A DNA stretch of 64,000 nucleotides from Candidatus Dojkabacteria bacterium (GTDB lineage Bacteria; Patescibacteriota; Dojkabacteria; J137). The position numbers were made by a program, and so were the translations under genes. Under the pieces are notes generated by a model. The model was not told the origin of the DNA and did not search any database. It saw only the letters and a program-made list of their open reading frames with translations. The DNA is taken from the NCBI GenBank assembly GCA_025999215.1, contig AP024679.1, forward strand, positions 101,645-165,644, written 5' to 3'. Positions 39,833-51,800 of this stretch are shown piece by piece (positions within the stretch are counted from its first letter, which is position 1; the number at the start of each line of letters is the position of its first letter).

Positions 39833-42800
39833 TTAATTATCATTTCCAATTGAATCTACAATTTCTTCTATTGCCATGTCATCAATTTCTGTATCAACTT
39901 CGGCTTGAATTTTATCGAGTTTAATTGCAAGCCCTGCCAACTCTCGATCAAGTACGTTGAATGATTCTGGAATATTTGGTGGCGTGAATGGTTGAGCAGA
40001 AATGATTGCCTTGTATGCTGCAGCTCTACCAACAATATCATCAGATTTAATGGTTAACATCTCATGCAATACTGATGGAACAGCATGTGATTCCAACGCC
40101 CAAACTTCCATCTCTCCAAGCCTCTGACCACCTCGTTGAGCTTTTCCTCTCAAAGGTTGTTGAGTAACTAGGGTATATGGTCCTGTTGATCTTGCATGAA
40201 CTTTGTGTTCAGCAAGGTGCTCAAGTTTCAAAAAGTATTTATATCCAACAGTTACTTTATTTTCAAATTTTTGACCTGTTCTTCCGTCATAAAGATCAAT
40301 TTTTTGACTATGTTCAATACCTGCCTTTTTTGCTAGCTCAATCAAAGGATCAAGCGAATATTCAGAAAAAGGCTCAACCTTTGCCTTAATTCCTAATTTT
40401 TTACAAATAGAACCTGCGTAAGTTTCAACAAGCTGACCCAAATTCATACGTCTTACCATACTTGTAGGTCCAACAATTATATCTATTGGCGTACCATCTG
40501 CTTTGTGAGGCATATCTGCTTGTGGCACAATTTTTGCAATAAGTCCTTTATCTCCATGATAACCGGATAATTTGTCTCCAACCTGAATTTTATGAGTTTT
40601 AGCAACCCAAACTTTCACTTGCTTCAAAACTCCTGCTCCAAGCTTTGCACCCTTCTCTCTATCTAATACTTGCACACCAATAACTATACCTTTTTCTCCA
40701 TAAGGCATTCTTAGTGAATTATCTTTAACATCTCGAGCATATTCACCAAATATTGCTCTCAATAATTTTTCTTCTGCAGTTAGCTCCGTTTCTCCTTTTG
40801 GAGTTATGATACCAACCAAAATATCTCCTGATTCTACATTTGCTCCAATTCTAACGACGCCATCTTCACCCAAATGCCTTAATGCTCTTTCTCCAACACC
40901 TGGAATATCTCTGGTTATAAGCTCATCACCAAGCTTAGTCTCTCTAACTTCTTGAATATATTCTTTAATATGAACTGATGTTAATACGTCTTCTTTTACT
41001 AATCTATCAGAAATAACTATTCCGTCTTCATAGTTGTAACCATCCCAAACCATGAATGCAGTTTCTAAATTTGCACCTAATGCTAATTCTCCATTTTCTG
41101 TTGATGGTCCATCAATTAAAACATCTCCTTTGCTAAATTTATCTCCTGTTACAACTCTAGCAACTTGACTAAAACATGTATCTTGGTTTGTTCTTAAATA
41201 TTTTTCAACCTCATAATGAACTTCTCTCTTATTTTTACCTGAACCATATTCAACAATTACTTTTGATGCATCGGCATATTTAACCACACCATCATCCTCT
41301 GCAAAAACTGTTCTTCCACTTGCCCTAACAGCCATTTCTTCAAAACCTGTACCTACTAATGGCGCTTGTGGCCTAATTAAAGGCACAGCCTGGTTAAGAG
41401 TCCTGACGGTATAGAAAGACCTATTAAGATCGTCATTTGCAATAAAAGGCACCAATGACAATCCCAAACCTCCAATCTGTGCAGGCGCTACATCTATCAA
41501 ATCAACATCTAAAATGCTTACTTTTCTAAATGAATTTTGATTTCTTACGTAGGTAGTTTGCTCTAGAATATTACCAAACTTATCTTTTTTAACTGCTGCT
41601 GAACAAATACTATGCTCCAATTCAAATTCTGCATCAAGATATACTACTTCATCGCTAACAAAGGGCACCAAAGGAATCTCTGTGACACCACCTTTCTTTG
41701 CACTTTCAACTATTTCAGGTGTAAGCTCCTCATTTGCTTTCGCGATAACTTTCCCTTTTACTTCCAAATCTGATCTCAAAATTCTATTTTTGAATTTTTT
41801 GATATCATCACTTCCTACTTTAAATACATTTACAACTTTGTAATATGGCGCCTCCAAAAAACCAAAATCATTAACTCTTGCAAACACTCCCATCTGATTT
41901 ACCATTCCTACCGAAGGACCTTCTGGCGTTGTAACTGCACACACCCTTGAATAGTGAGTCAAGTGAAGGTCTCTAACTGAAAATGTTGCTCTTTCCTTTG
42001 TCAAACCCCTTGGTCCTCTTGCTGTTATTCTTCTTTTAGCTTCTAATTCGCTCAAGATATTTTGTTGTTCCATGTATCTCAAAAGCGCGCTACTTCCAAA
42101 AAATTGATTAATCGCAGCCATTACAGGTCGTGTGTTTACAAACAGCGCTGGAGTTACTTTTTCATCCACGGAGTAAGAACTCATTTTGTCACGGATGTTC
42201 TTTTCCATCAATAAAATTCCAGCTCTTATCTTGTCAGACACAATTTCATTAATACCTCTAATTCTACGATTGTAAAGACTATCAATATCATCTGGTGGTA
42301 TCACGCCATGATTAAGCTTAATAAGCGCTCTGACTACATCAACGATGTCTCTCTTTTTTAATAAGTAATCTTGTGGACCAAAATCTTCATCCCTACCAAG
42401 CTTTCTATTTAACTTATATCGCCCAACTCTGCCTAAGTAAAATCTTCGCTTATTGAAAAATATATCTTCTAAAAATTCTTTTGCACTCTCAAAAGTGACA
42501 GAATCTTCAGGTCTCAATTTTCTATAAATATCAATTAGAGCTTCTTCAGTATTTTTAGTTGGATCTTTTCTCAATGTTGCATCAACAAACTTAAAATCAC
42601 CCACATCAGCGTCATCAAGCGCTTTTTTGATTTCTGCGTCTGAACTATATCCTAACGCTCGGAGTAGAGTAGTTAGTAATATTTTTGGTCGCTTTTCAAG
42701 CAATTTAACACTCATAACTCCGTACTTGTTCATTTCAAACTCATACCATTTACCTCTAGCTGGCATTAATTTAACTGAATAAATTGGTTTTTCAGGCGTT

Positions 42801-43237
42801 GAAGCTTTTGATTCAGAAAACAACAAACCTTCGCTCCTCAATATCTGAAATACCACAACCCTTTCATTACCATTAACCATAAAGGTTGCTCTATCACTCA
42901 TCATTGGCATATCGCACAAGAAGATTTTTTGTTTTTTAATTTCTCCAGTTCTTTTGTTAACCAACTTAACATTAACGTGAATCGGCGCATCATAAGTTAA
43001 TCCCAAAACTTGCGCTTCTCTGAAGGTTAATTTCGGTTCTCCCCATTCTACATCTTCAAAATAAAGCTCCCAGCTCGACTGGGTATAATCTTGGATGGGA
43101 TTAATTTCATCGAACAAGTCCTCAAAACCTCTTTCTATAAATTCTCTGAAAAATTTTTTCTGTGCTTCCAATAAATCAATTTCAAATTTGGGTGAAGGAT
43201 CTTTGGTGAGGTTAACTCTGTTGTTTTTTTTATCCAT
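39833..43237 (-). CDS. rpoB: DNA-directed RNA polymerase subunit beta
   Basis: 1134 aa with conserved rifampicin-cluster regions and a C-terminal HAVPSVLHEMLTIKSDD. Confidence 0.95.
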   Translation of the reverse strand: MDKKNNRVNLTKDPSPKFEIDLLEAQKKFFREFIERGFEDLFDEINPIQDYTQSSWELYFEDVEWGEPKLTFREAQVLGLTYDAPIHVNVKLVNKRTGEIKKQKIFLCDMPMMSDRATFMVNGNERVVVFQILRSEGLLFSESKASTPEKPIYSVKLMPARGKWYEFEMNKYGVMSVKLLEKRPKILLTTLLRALGYSSDAEIKKALDDADVGDFKFVDATLRKDPTKNTEEALIDIYRKLRPEDSVTFESAKEFLEDIFFNKRRFYLGRVGRYKLNRKLGRDEDFGPQDYLLKKRDIVDVVRALIKLNHGVIPPDDIDSLYNRRIRGINEIVSDKIRAGILLMEKNIRDKMSSYSVDEKVTPALFVNTRPVMAAINQFFGSSALLRYMEQQNILSELEAKRRITARGPRGLTKERATFSVRDLHLTHYSRVCAVTTPEGPSVGMVNQMGVFARVNDFGFLEAPYYKVVNVFKVGSDDIKKFKNRILRSDLEVKGKVIAKANEELTPEIVESAKKGGVTEIPLVPFVSDEVVYLDAEFELEHSICSAAVKKDKFGNILEQTTYVRNQNSFRKVSILDVDLIDVAPAQIGGLGLSLVPFIANDDLNRSFYTVRTLNQAVPLIRPQAPLVGTGFEEMAVRASGRTVFAEDDGVVKYADASKVIVEYGSGKNKREVHYEVEKYLRTNQDTCFSQVARVVTGDKFSKGDVLIDGPSTENGELALGANLETAFMVWDGYNYEDGIVISDRLVKEDVLTSVHIKEYIQEVRETKLGDELITRDIPGVGERALRHLGEDGVVRIGANVESGDILVGIITPKGETELTAEEKLLRAIFGEYARDVKDNSLRMPYGEKGIVIGVQVLDREKGAKLGAGVLKQVKVWVAKTHKIQVGDKLSGYHGDKGLIAKIVPQADMPHKADGTPIDIIVGPTSMVRRMNLGQLVETYAGSICKKLGIKAKVEPFSEYSLDPLIELAKKAGIEHSQKIDLYDGRTGQKFENKVTVGYKYFLKLEHLAEHKVHARSTGPYTLVTQQPLRGKAQRGGQRLGEMEVWALESHAVPSVLHEMLTIKSDDIVGRAAAYKAIISAQPFTPPNIPESFNVLDRELAGLAIKLDKIQAEVDTEIDDMAIEEIVDSIGNDN

Positions 43238-43403
43238 ATGAAAGTTAAGCGTAAAATTTATCTAAAACTAAAAAGGCCCGCAAAGCGGCTAATTACTCTT
43301 TAATTTGGGTTAATGCCACAAAAAACCAAAACTAGCAAGAGAGTATAGCATAAAATTTAAAATAGTAAAAGTTTTTTTTTAAATTCTTTTTAATTTTTTA
43401 TTA

Positions 43404-44039
43404 TTAAATTATATCTAAAGGGTCTATGTTTGACGTTAATTCTCCCTCTTTCACATTAACTATTTTTATTTCGTCATTATCTTTACACTTTTCTTCATTA
43501 CTTTGTAAACAAGCAACGTACTCAGTATAATAAGCCCTCAAATCAGAACCAATTGTATCAGAACTTATTGGTGTTGTAAAAACTATATATTGACCCTCAG
43601 GCACCAAAAGAACATAATTTGCTTTTAAGCTAGATACTCCAACACAATAAATTTGATTTTCATTATCAACATTTTGAGCACATACAACTTGATATTCAGA
43701 CACACCTACATCTTCTCTGACTATAGCTGTAATTTTACCAGAAATTTTACCATAACCATCTATTGATTTGTTTTGTAGTTCTTTGTTTTCTTTTCTTAAA
43801 AAACCAATTTCGTTTTCAAGATTATCTATTTTTCGTTGTAAAGATGTTTGAGATTCATCAGCAATGCTAGCTAGCTTATCTCGCTCTAATGTCACTTCAT
43901 CGAGTTTTTTTTGAATATCTTTATTGAGTTTTCGTGAATCATTGTAAAAGAGACCCAACACAACGCTAGACACCGTTATGGAAGAAATTATAATTATAAT
44001 AAGGAAATTAAACAAAATACTCAAGAAAGCTTTCTTCAT
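43404..44039 (-). CDS. hypothetical membrane-anchored coiled-coil protein
   Basis: 211 aa. N-terminal TM helix followed by a coiled-coil segment (LERDKLASIADESQTSLQRKIDNLENEIGFLRKENKELQNK). Confidence 0.45.
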   Translation of the reverse strand: MKKAFLSILFNFLIIIIISSITVSSVVLGLFYNDSRKLNKDIQKKLDEVTLERDKLASIADESQTSLQRKIDNLENEIGFLRKENKELQNKSIDGYGKISGKITAIVREDVGVSEYQVVCAQNVDNENQIYCVGVSSLKANYVLLVPEGQYIVFTTPISSDTIGSDLRAYYTEYVACLQSNEEKCKDNDEIKIVNVKEGELTSNIDPLDII

Positions 44040-44184
44040 GATTTAAATTATACAGTATAAATTAAAAAAAGTCTAACAATTAATTAGAAAAAATTTGATT
44101 TAAAATAACGAAACTTAATTTTCTTTTACAAAAAAGCATTTTGTGTTATCATTCTTAGAATATTTTTATATTACCTCCTTGATT

Positions 44185-45717
44185 ATGTCAAAAACTGGAA
44201 AAATTAGACAACCTGTTGTTGCTGTGATGGGTCATGTAGATCATGGAAAAACAACTTTTCTTGATGCAATTAGAGGCGCAAGAGTGGCAGAAAAGGAGGT
44301 TGGAGGAATCACACAAAACACAAGAGCTCACGAGATTACCTTAAAAAGCGGTAATAAAATAACTTTTATTGATACTCCAGGACACGAAGCTTTTAGCGCC
44401 ATGAGAAAAAGAGGAGTTTTGGTCACAGATTTTGTTTTACTTATGGTTGCAGCTGATGATGGGGTTCAGCCACAAACCAAAGAATCAATTAAATTTGCGC
44501 AAGAAAACAATGTTCCTATAATCGTTGTAATAAATAAAATAGATATAGAAGGAGTTAATACTCAAAAAATTAAATCAGAACTCGCAAGCTACGGTGTTCA
44601 AGTTGAGGATTTGGGAGGAGATGTTTTGTGCTTTGAAATCTCAGCAAAAAATAAAATTGGGCTTGATGAACTTTTAGAAGGTATTGAACTTTTAGCTGAA
44701 GTAAATGAACTAAAACCTGGTACTTTAGATGAAGGGATTGTAGCAAAAGCTTTTGTCTTGGAATCTATTTTTGACAAACATTTGGGAAATATCGGGATTT
44801 GTATAATTAAAGGAGGCTCTATTGAACCAAGATTATTTGGAGTGTCATCGTCAGGCTATTTCAAAATTAGAAGTGTTTTGAACGAAGATTTTAAACCAGT
44901 AGAAAGCGCTTCTGAATCGCAACCAGCCTGGATTACTGGGCTTAAACAACCTTTGAATACAGGTGAGATGCTGTATTTTGTACTGAATGAAAATGAAGCA
45001 AAAGCTTTATTTGAGCAACTTAATAACAAAGAAGAACAAGAAACTCAAGAAATTGACCCAGAGAGCATTTTTGCTCAAATGATCCTTCAAAGAGAAGAAG
45101 AAAAACAGGGCATCAATCAGAAAAGTTTAAAAATTATTTTGAAAGCGCAAACACAAGGAACCTTAGAAGCTATTTTGAAACAATTAGATAAGTTAGAAAC
45201 GGAGGAAGCAAAAATTGAAGTAATGTACTCTGCAACAGGAAATATAACCGAAGATGATGTTTTCCGAGCAAAAACCGCTAAGGCTATTATCGCAAGTTTT
45301 CAATTATCTCCTGACAATAAAACCCTTCAGATTGCAAAAAGAGAAAAAGTTTTGATAAGAAATTATGAGATTATTTACGAAATGATTGATGAATTAGCAG
45401 AAGCCCTAGATGCTTTGGCTGATAATTTTGAAGAAGAGATCGAGCTAGCCAGAGCTATTGTTAAAAAAGTTTTTGTTTTGTCTGATGGATCTAGAGTTGC
45501 TGGTTGCGAAGTTAAGTCGGGAACGTTTGTAAAAGGGTACAGGGTGTGGGTTGAGAGAGGAGATGATGAAGTTGGAAGAGGCAAAATAGTTAGTTTAAAA
45601 CAAGGTAAAAATGAAGTTAGAGAAGTTAAAAAAGGACTTGAATGTGGAATAATGATAGATCCTCAAATTGAAATTGAAGAAGGTGACGAAATAGTTGCTT
45701 ATAGAGTAGAGAAGTAA
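44185..45717 (+). CDS. infB: translation initiation factor IF-2 (short form lacking long N-terminal region)
   Basis: G-domain GHVDHGKTT, DTPGHEAF and NKID. The ATG at 44185 (MSKTGKIRQPVVAVMGH) is preferred over the track's GTG at 44143. Confidence 0.85.
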   Translation: MSKTGKIRQPVVAVMGHVDHGKTTFLDAIRGARVAEKEVGGITQNTRAHEITLKSGNKITFIDTPGHEAFSAMRKRGVLVTDFVLLMVAADDGVQPQTKESIKFAQENNVPIIVVINKIDIEGVNTQKIKSELASYGVQVEDLGGDVLCFEISAKNKIGLDELLEGIELLAEVNELKPGTLDEGIVAKAFVLESIFDKHLGNIGICIIKGGSIEPRLFGVSSSGYFKIRSVLNEDFKPVESASESQPAWITGLKQPLNTGEMLYFVLNENEAKALFEQLNNKEEQETQEIDPESIFAQMILQREEEKQGINQKSLKIILKAQTQGTLEAILKQLDKLETEEAKIEVMYSATGNITEDDVFRAKTAKAIIASFQLSPDNKTLQIAKREKVLIRNYEIIYEMIDELAEALDALADNFEEEIELARAIVKKVFVLSDGSRVAGCEVKSGTFVKGYRVWVERGDDEVGRGKIVSLKQGKNEVREVKKGLECGIMIDPQIEIEEGDEIVAYRVEK

Positions 45718-45840
45718 AATAAATTTTGATCAAAATTCCCTCACTCAAACCTCTGTTTTGAATTTGGTCACAAAGCATAAATCCCTAACCTATTTAGTTT
45801 TTCAAAACTCAATGTTTGGTTAAAATTTTTGGTATAAATG

Positions 45841-48800
45841 TTATTCTTTTGCACCAAAAGGATTTTGTAATGTTTTAACTTCTACAATATCTGCTAAAGA
45901 TCCAACTTCTGCCAAATTTTTCTTCATCAAAATATCTTTTGTCAAAAATCCTCGTTCATCAATTTCAATCACTGGAATTTGATTTTCTACTGAGTCTGCC
46001 ATAATGTAACCATTTTTGTTTGCTATGTACCAATATTTTCCAGGTTGTAGTTTTACTTTTATTTCTCCTTTTGAATTAGTCAAATAGACACCCACTTGCT
46101 TATTTTCTCTGTAAAACCTTACACTAACACCAGGTAATTCCTTGTTGCCATCAACTTCAAGCACCTTCCCTGCAGTTCTTGCATATAGACTTGCCAAATG
46201 AATAATATTTAATGTAAACAATATTCCATAAATTGCTAGTAATAGATAATTAACCGCATTTGGATACTGCGTAGTTATAATAACAGTGTAAACAAACCCA
46301 ACTGCCATGCTGATTGCCATCAACCAAATCAACGCCCTAATAATTGATGGCTTGTAGTAGTTTCTTAAGGCTAATAAGCTAAATTTACTATCTTCACGAA
46401 TTAGCCCTATATCTTCAACAATTTCAACAGTATCACCTACATTGCTTACCCTGATATTTTTATCAAATACCTTGTAGCCTGAAGCTTTTACTTCGATTCT
46501 GTATTCTCCTGAGTTGTCAAGAAGTACTCCATACTTACCATCTAGATCTGTAACTTCATGCTTGATCAAAGTATCACCTGCATATACATTAACAATGGCA
46601 AAAGGAATACCTTTGTTGTTTTTCAAATCGTATATAAAGCCCCAGTATTTCTTTTTCTTTCGTAAAACAATTCCAAACAACACTCCAAATTTTTGAATGG
46701 AATCTAAAAGATAAGTGCCCGACAAAGGAGTCATTGAAAGAGTTCCAAACATTGCAACGAGTGCTGCTACCGCTAAAGGTCCAAATGAACTTGGGTTTAC
46801 TTCAAGACCTAGTCTTACATTTACACTTTGAGTTCCTACTGCTTCACCACATCTATTGTTTGCAATAATTTTTACCTCTGCATCTTTGGTTACATAGGTT
46901 TCAAATTCACCCTTTGGTGCTAGTCTTTTAATATCATCACCTAAACCTGAAATCGTCACATTTTCGACATTTTCAACTTCCCAAACTATTTTTACCTTCG
47001 CATTATCCTGCATCTCTTCAACCACTTCTACATTAAAAAACTTAATTTCTGGTAATTCACAAACTTCATCCACAGTCTGACCTTTTGGCAAAACAACAAT
47101 GGTCAGCTTCGATTCTAAATCACCATATGCGCCAGTGCCTCTGAGAGTAAAGGTGGTTGTTTTAGTTAATTTAACTTCTAAAGTGTCGTTTAAATTAACG
47201 CTACCCAAACTTAAATTGTCTATATTATTGTCAGAAGATAAAATGACTTCATTTAAATTGCTAGTCTGCCATGAGAGAATGGTAGTTTCACCTTCATAAA
47301 TTTCATAATCACTCGCAGTAAATACCAAAGTAGGTTGAGATGTTACAGATGAACCTGGAGGATTAACTTCCTCTGATGGACCAACGAAAAGTATTGGGTC
47401 TGATGTTGCATAAGCAGTTCCGTTAGTTGCGTAAATGTAGTAGGTACCCAGAACACTGGAAACAGCGTTTGGAATATCTACCGAACCACTTCCGCTTGGT
47501 ACCAATATGCTTTCAATGTTGAAATCTTCAGCCACTTCATCGGTTTCTACATTTCTTAATTCTAAATAAATTATTTGGTCATCCTCTAACGGGTTTAACA
47601 AATCATCAAGCGCATCAACTTCAAAACTAAATGGAGTTCCTGATGGTACAACATCAGGTTCTTCATCAACATCTAAAACTAAACCTCTTTGATCCTCAGA
47701 TGGGTAGGCAGAATATTCTAGTTGAAACTCTGTTAGTACAGGTGTTGATCCCCTAAACATATCAATAGCCAAAGCAAACCTATAACCAGGATTTACAAAA
47801 TTTACCTTTTGTCCAAGTTCTATTGGTTGCCAAGTAAATCCTCCATCATTTGAAACTCTAAAACTAGTTAATTCTGGATTATACTTAAAATTTGTAGAAA
47901 CAAGCTCAATATAATCTACATCTAAATAATTTCCTTCTAAATCAGAATAAATTTTGGTAACAGCAGTTCCTTGAGGTTCAAATTCAATGTTCATAGTTAC
48001 GTCATGAATACCATCAAATGTGAAAATAGTGAAAGAATCAACATCTCTTTGTACAAAAGTTCCTATTTGAGCGGGATAAACCCTTGAAGCATAATCTATT
48101 ATATCTATTACATCATCTCTTTTTTCAGTTGGTGTATTGTTAGTTGATATGTATACAATTTCACCTCCGCGACCTGTTACCCAGATTTGTTCACCTATGA
48201 TGTCATCACCTGGATAATAAGTAATAGCAGATAATTCTGTTTGCTTCATTTCTGCTGCTGATGCAATCGTTGTAATTAAATCATCAGATGCATCAAATGT
48301 GCCGTTGTAATCATAAATCATGCTAACTCCATGATTTCCAGCAAAAATAACCTGATCATCTTTATTGAAAGCTATACCAAAGTTTCCACCGAATCTGACA
48401 TCAGTATTTCTATCATAAAACGTGAAAGTATCGTCAGTTTTGTTTAGCGGTGTTCCATTATCATTGTATCGAACAATTCCTGCGCTATAATCTGCAAACC
48501 ACCATCCATAACTTTTTGGTGATGTGCTTAGTGTCAATGTCTGCGTATCATTGAAGTTATATTCTGCCGTAGCAAAATAATCTACGACCGTATCATCAGC
48601 TTGCGAACTTATAGAAGCTCCAGGATTTATATACTTTGTACCTCCCGATCCATCCCATCGAGGATATTGTAACATTACTCCGTAATTTGCAGGATTTCTA
48701 TCATCAATTGTTATTGCGTCTACTTCTTTAAGTTGAGTATCAGCAGTAAAATCATAAACTGTATACTCATCTATACCATCTGCTATGCTTGTCCCAAAAT

Positions 48801-51800
48801 TAATTGCTACAACTCTGTTGTAGAGAGTACCTAACCACAAGTGGCAATCTCCGGATGGAGTCTGGAATGACGCCATCCCTTGTGTAAAATCTGAAGACGC
48901 TAACCCTACATCTGTCAAATCAAATTGGTATTCAGTATTTGTATTTAAATCGTAGTATGCAAAATTTGGGCCAGCTTGATTTAAAAATAATCCATTTCCA
49001 CAGCTTGAATATTCAAAACCTAGTTGCGATCCTGCATCTCTTTTGTATCTATTACCCCAACGACCATTATTGGTTGGAACTAATAAATTTTTTGATGCAA
49101 CTGATACATCTTCTTTAAGTCTTAATTGACCTCTTCCCCAAATTACGTTTTCAGATAAAACGGAATCGTAATCTATGTAAGAGTTGAAATCTGATTGTTT
49201 ACTCACTTTTACAGCATCTACTTCTTGCCTTTCAATCACTGTAAACGATACGCTTTTTATTTGATCTCCTGCTGTCACATTTCCACTTGCATCTCTTGCT
49301 CTCACCCAAACTTGATAGTCACCAGGAGCTAGATCTTCTAATTTAAATTTAAATTGCTCTTCTTTTTCATCATATAACCCATCTGCAGGGGTAATTGGAG
49401 TAAAATCAACTCCATTAGTGCTATATTCAATTAGAGCTATATTAGATGTAAGTTCGCTTTCATCATCCCCGACACTACCACTAATTATTGGTGAGCTATC
49501 TGCGGTTGGGTTAGGTAACACCGGCTGTAATTCAATGATTGGAGTAGAAGTATCCACCGCGTCAATATTAACTCTGTCTGCTGGAGCTCCTACATCACCC
49601 AAAATTCCAGAATAAAATTCAACACCATTAGAACCAAATACTCTGATGAAAACTATTTTTTCTCCATCTATTAATGGTGGTGTTTGAAAATAAAAATCTT
49701 CTTCATACTCATTGAATGAACCATCTGATGGTATTGCATCGGTCCAATTAACCTCATAAAAGCCAGTCCAAATAGCATATTGAACATTCGCCACTGTAAA
49801 ACCATAATCTTCATTACCGTAAGCTGTACCAGTATAAGTTACTTGATTTTGGTTGATAGGTTGAACACCTAAATTATTTAAAATAAATGTAGGTTCAAAT
49901 TGATTTGAATTTATAGGTGCGCCTGCTGTGGTATCATATATAGCTTGTTGACCATTTAAAGTTAAGATTGTGAAAACGCCACTAATTGTTGGTTGATCAA
50001 AAGACTCTGGAGCAAGAGTAAATCTTAAAATTATTTCACCTGCGTATTTATCGAAATCAAGAATTGAAAAATCAACCTCACAAGTATCTCCATCAGCACT
50101 GTCTATAACATTTGCTGGTTCAAAATTATATCCAAAATCAACGGAAAAACTACAAAAATCAAACTGTAAGTCCGTACTTGCAACAAAACTCACTAGAGGG
50201 TCTTGATTTGTAACCTCTTTTTCCACAACAAATCGCACATCATATACTTCATTAATTCCAACAGTACGCCTATCTGAGCTTCCAACTAAAAGATTAAGAG
50301 AATCACTGCTCAAATAACTAAACCCTTGTGTAAATTCATAAAAATTAGTGTTACCTACTGCATCTTCAACTATAATTTTGGCTAAAGCATACTTGCTGAC
50401 AGATTCAGAAGGTCCATTTTCAACTAAGTTTGTGTCATCTAATACAATTTCGTAAATTTCTGTACTTGAATCAAACGCTCCATCAACAGGTGTTGCCAAA
50501 ATAGTGTTTAACAGTAAATCGTCTTGACCGTACAACTCAAGCCTGATTGAGCTAATTGACGAATCTTCATCTAATGCAGTACCACTAATTTCATCGGAAC
50601 CAACCACAAAAAGTCTTTCATTAACAATGCCAGAATATATATCTGCTCTTTTTGCACTCCTGAATAAATTAGCATCCATTGATAATTTTGGCAAAGAATC
50701 TTCAGAAATAGTGCCATCAAAGCTATGATATATTCTAAAATTATCTATTGTAAATCCTTCTGTTCCATTTTTATCTTGCGCTTCTCTTGCGAAAGATGAT
50801 TCTATTCTAAAAAGTAAGTATGGATCACTAGAGCTCAATAAATAATCAGATTCTGTATACCCAGCACTCGCTAAAGCTTGATCTAAATCAATATTAATCT
50901 GTTGTGTTACACCAGTTTGCCCACTTCCATTTGCATAAAAATCAAAAATTTCATAAAGTACACCATCTATATCTAAATATAATTTATTTCCGTTCTGCTC
51001 TTGAGCTTCAAAGTTAGAGACAAAGTTATCATGCCAAGTAAACTCAAAAGTTAGATAAAGGTTGTTTGTAAAATTAAAATTTTCAGGAACATAAACTTTG
51101 GTTTCTGTCGTTATTGTTTCAATACTACTATCATCTCCAAACCCATCAAATGTTAAAGCACCCGCGCTACCATCATTTGTGAAAGTTGAATCAGAAATTC
51201 TTACTCTTCCACCAGTCGATCCAACCACATCTACCCATTTATATACACCTTGCTCACTTGGTAATACTTGATCATCAGTAACGTTAGTTGAAATGAATTC
51301 CCCAGAATTGATAGCAAATTCACCAACACTAGAATTGAAATCTAAATCAGAGAGTACCCTTGGTCCTTCATATAAGCCCTCATCAAAACTAATCTGAGCA
51401 AAGCTATATAAGTTTTGCAAAGGCCATAGGACTCCATTCTCATCTGTTGCTCGTACTTGAAAAGTATGATTCCCTGTAGGTAAATCTACAAAAAATAAAC
51501 CTCCCTCAACTTCAGTGCTACCTACTTGACTAGACTCATAATTTACCCAGCTGCCACTATCAATTCTATATTCAACTGATGAGATATTAACTCCAGCTAA
51601 ATGTCGTACCGAAAAACCAAGCCCATCATCTACACTCCCATTTTCATTTTTATATAAAACAAATTCAATACCATTTCCCAAACCATCAATATCTAAAACT
51701 TCAACGTACCCTGAAGCTGGCCATACATTATCATTGTTATCTATAGCTCTTACACTGACAGGGTAGTATTGCGGATTATCAAACTCATCTAACCCTGCAT

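Noticed and set aside
36881-40389. Short ORFs antisense to rpoC, rpoB, valS, the P-type ATPase gene, the giant surface gene and others (60-165 aa)
   Set aside because: They are embedded opposite highly conserved genes, and their low-complexity translations are typical of AT-rich antisense frames. They were treated as spurious.
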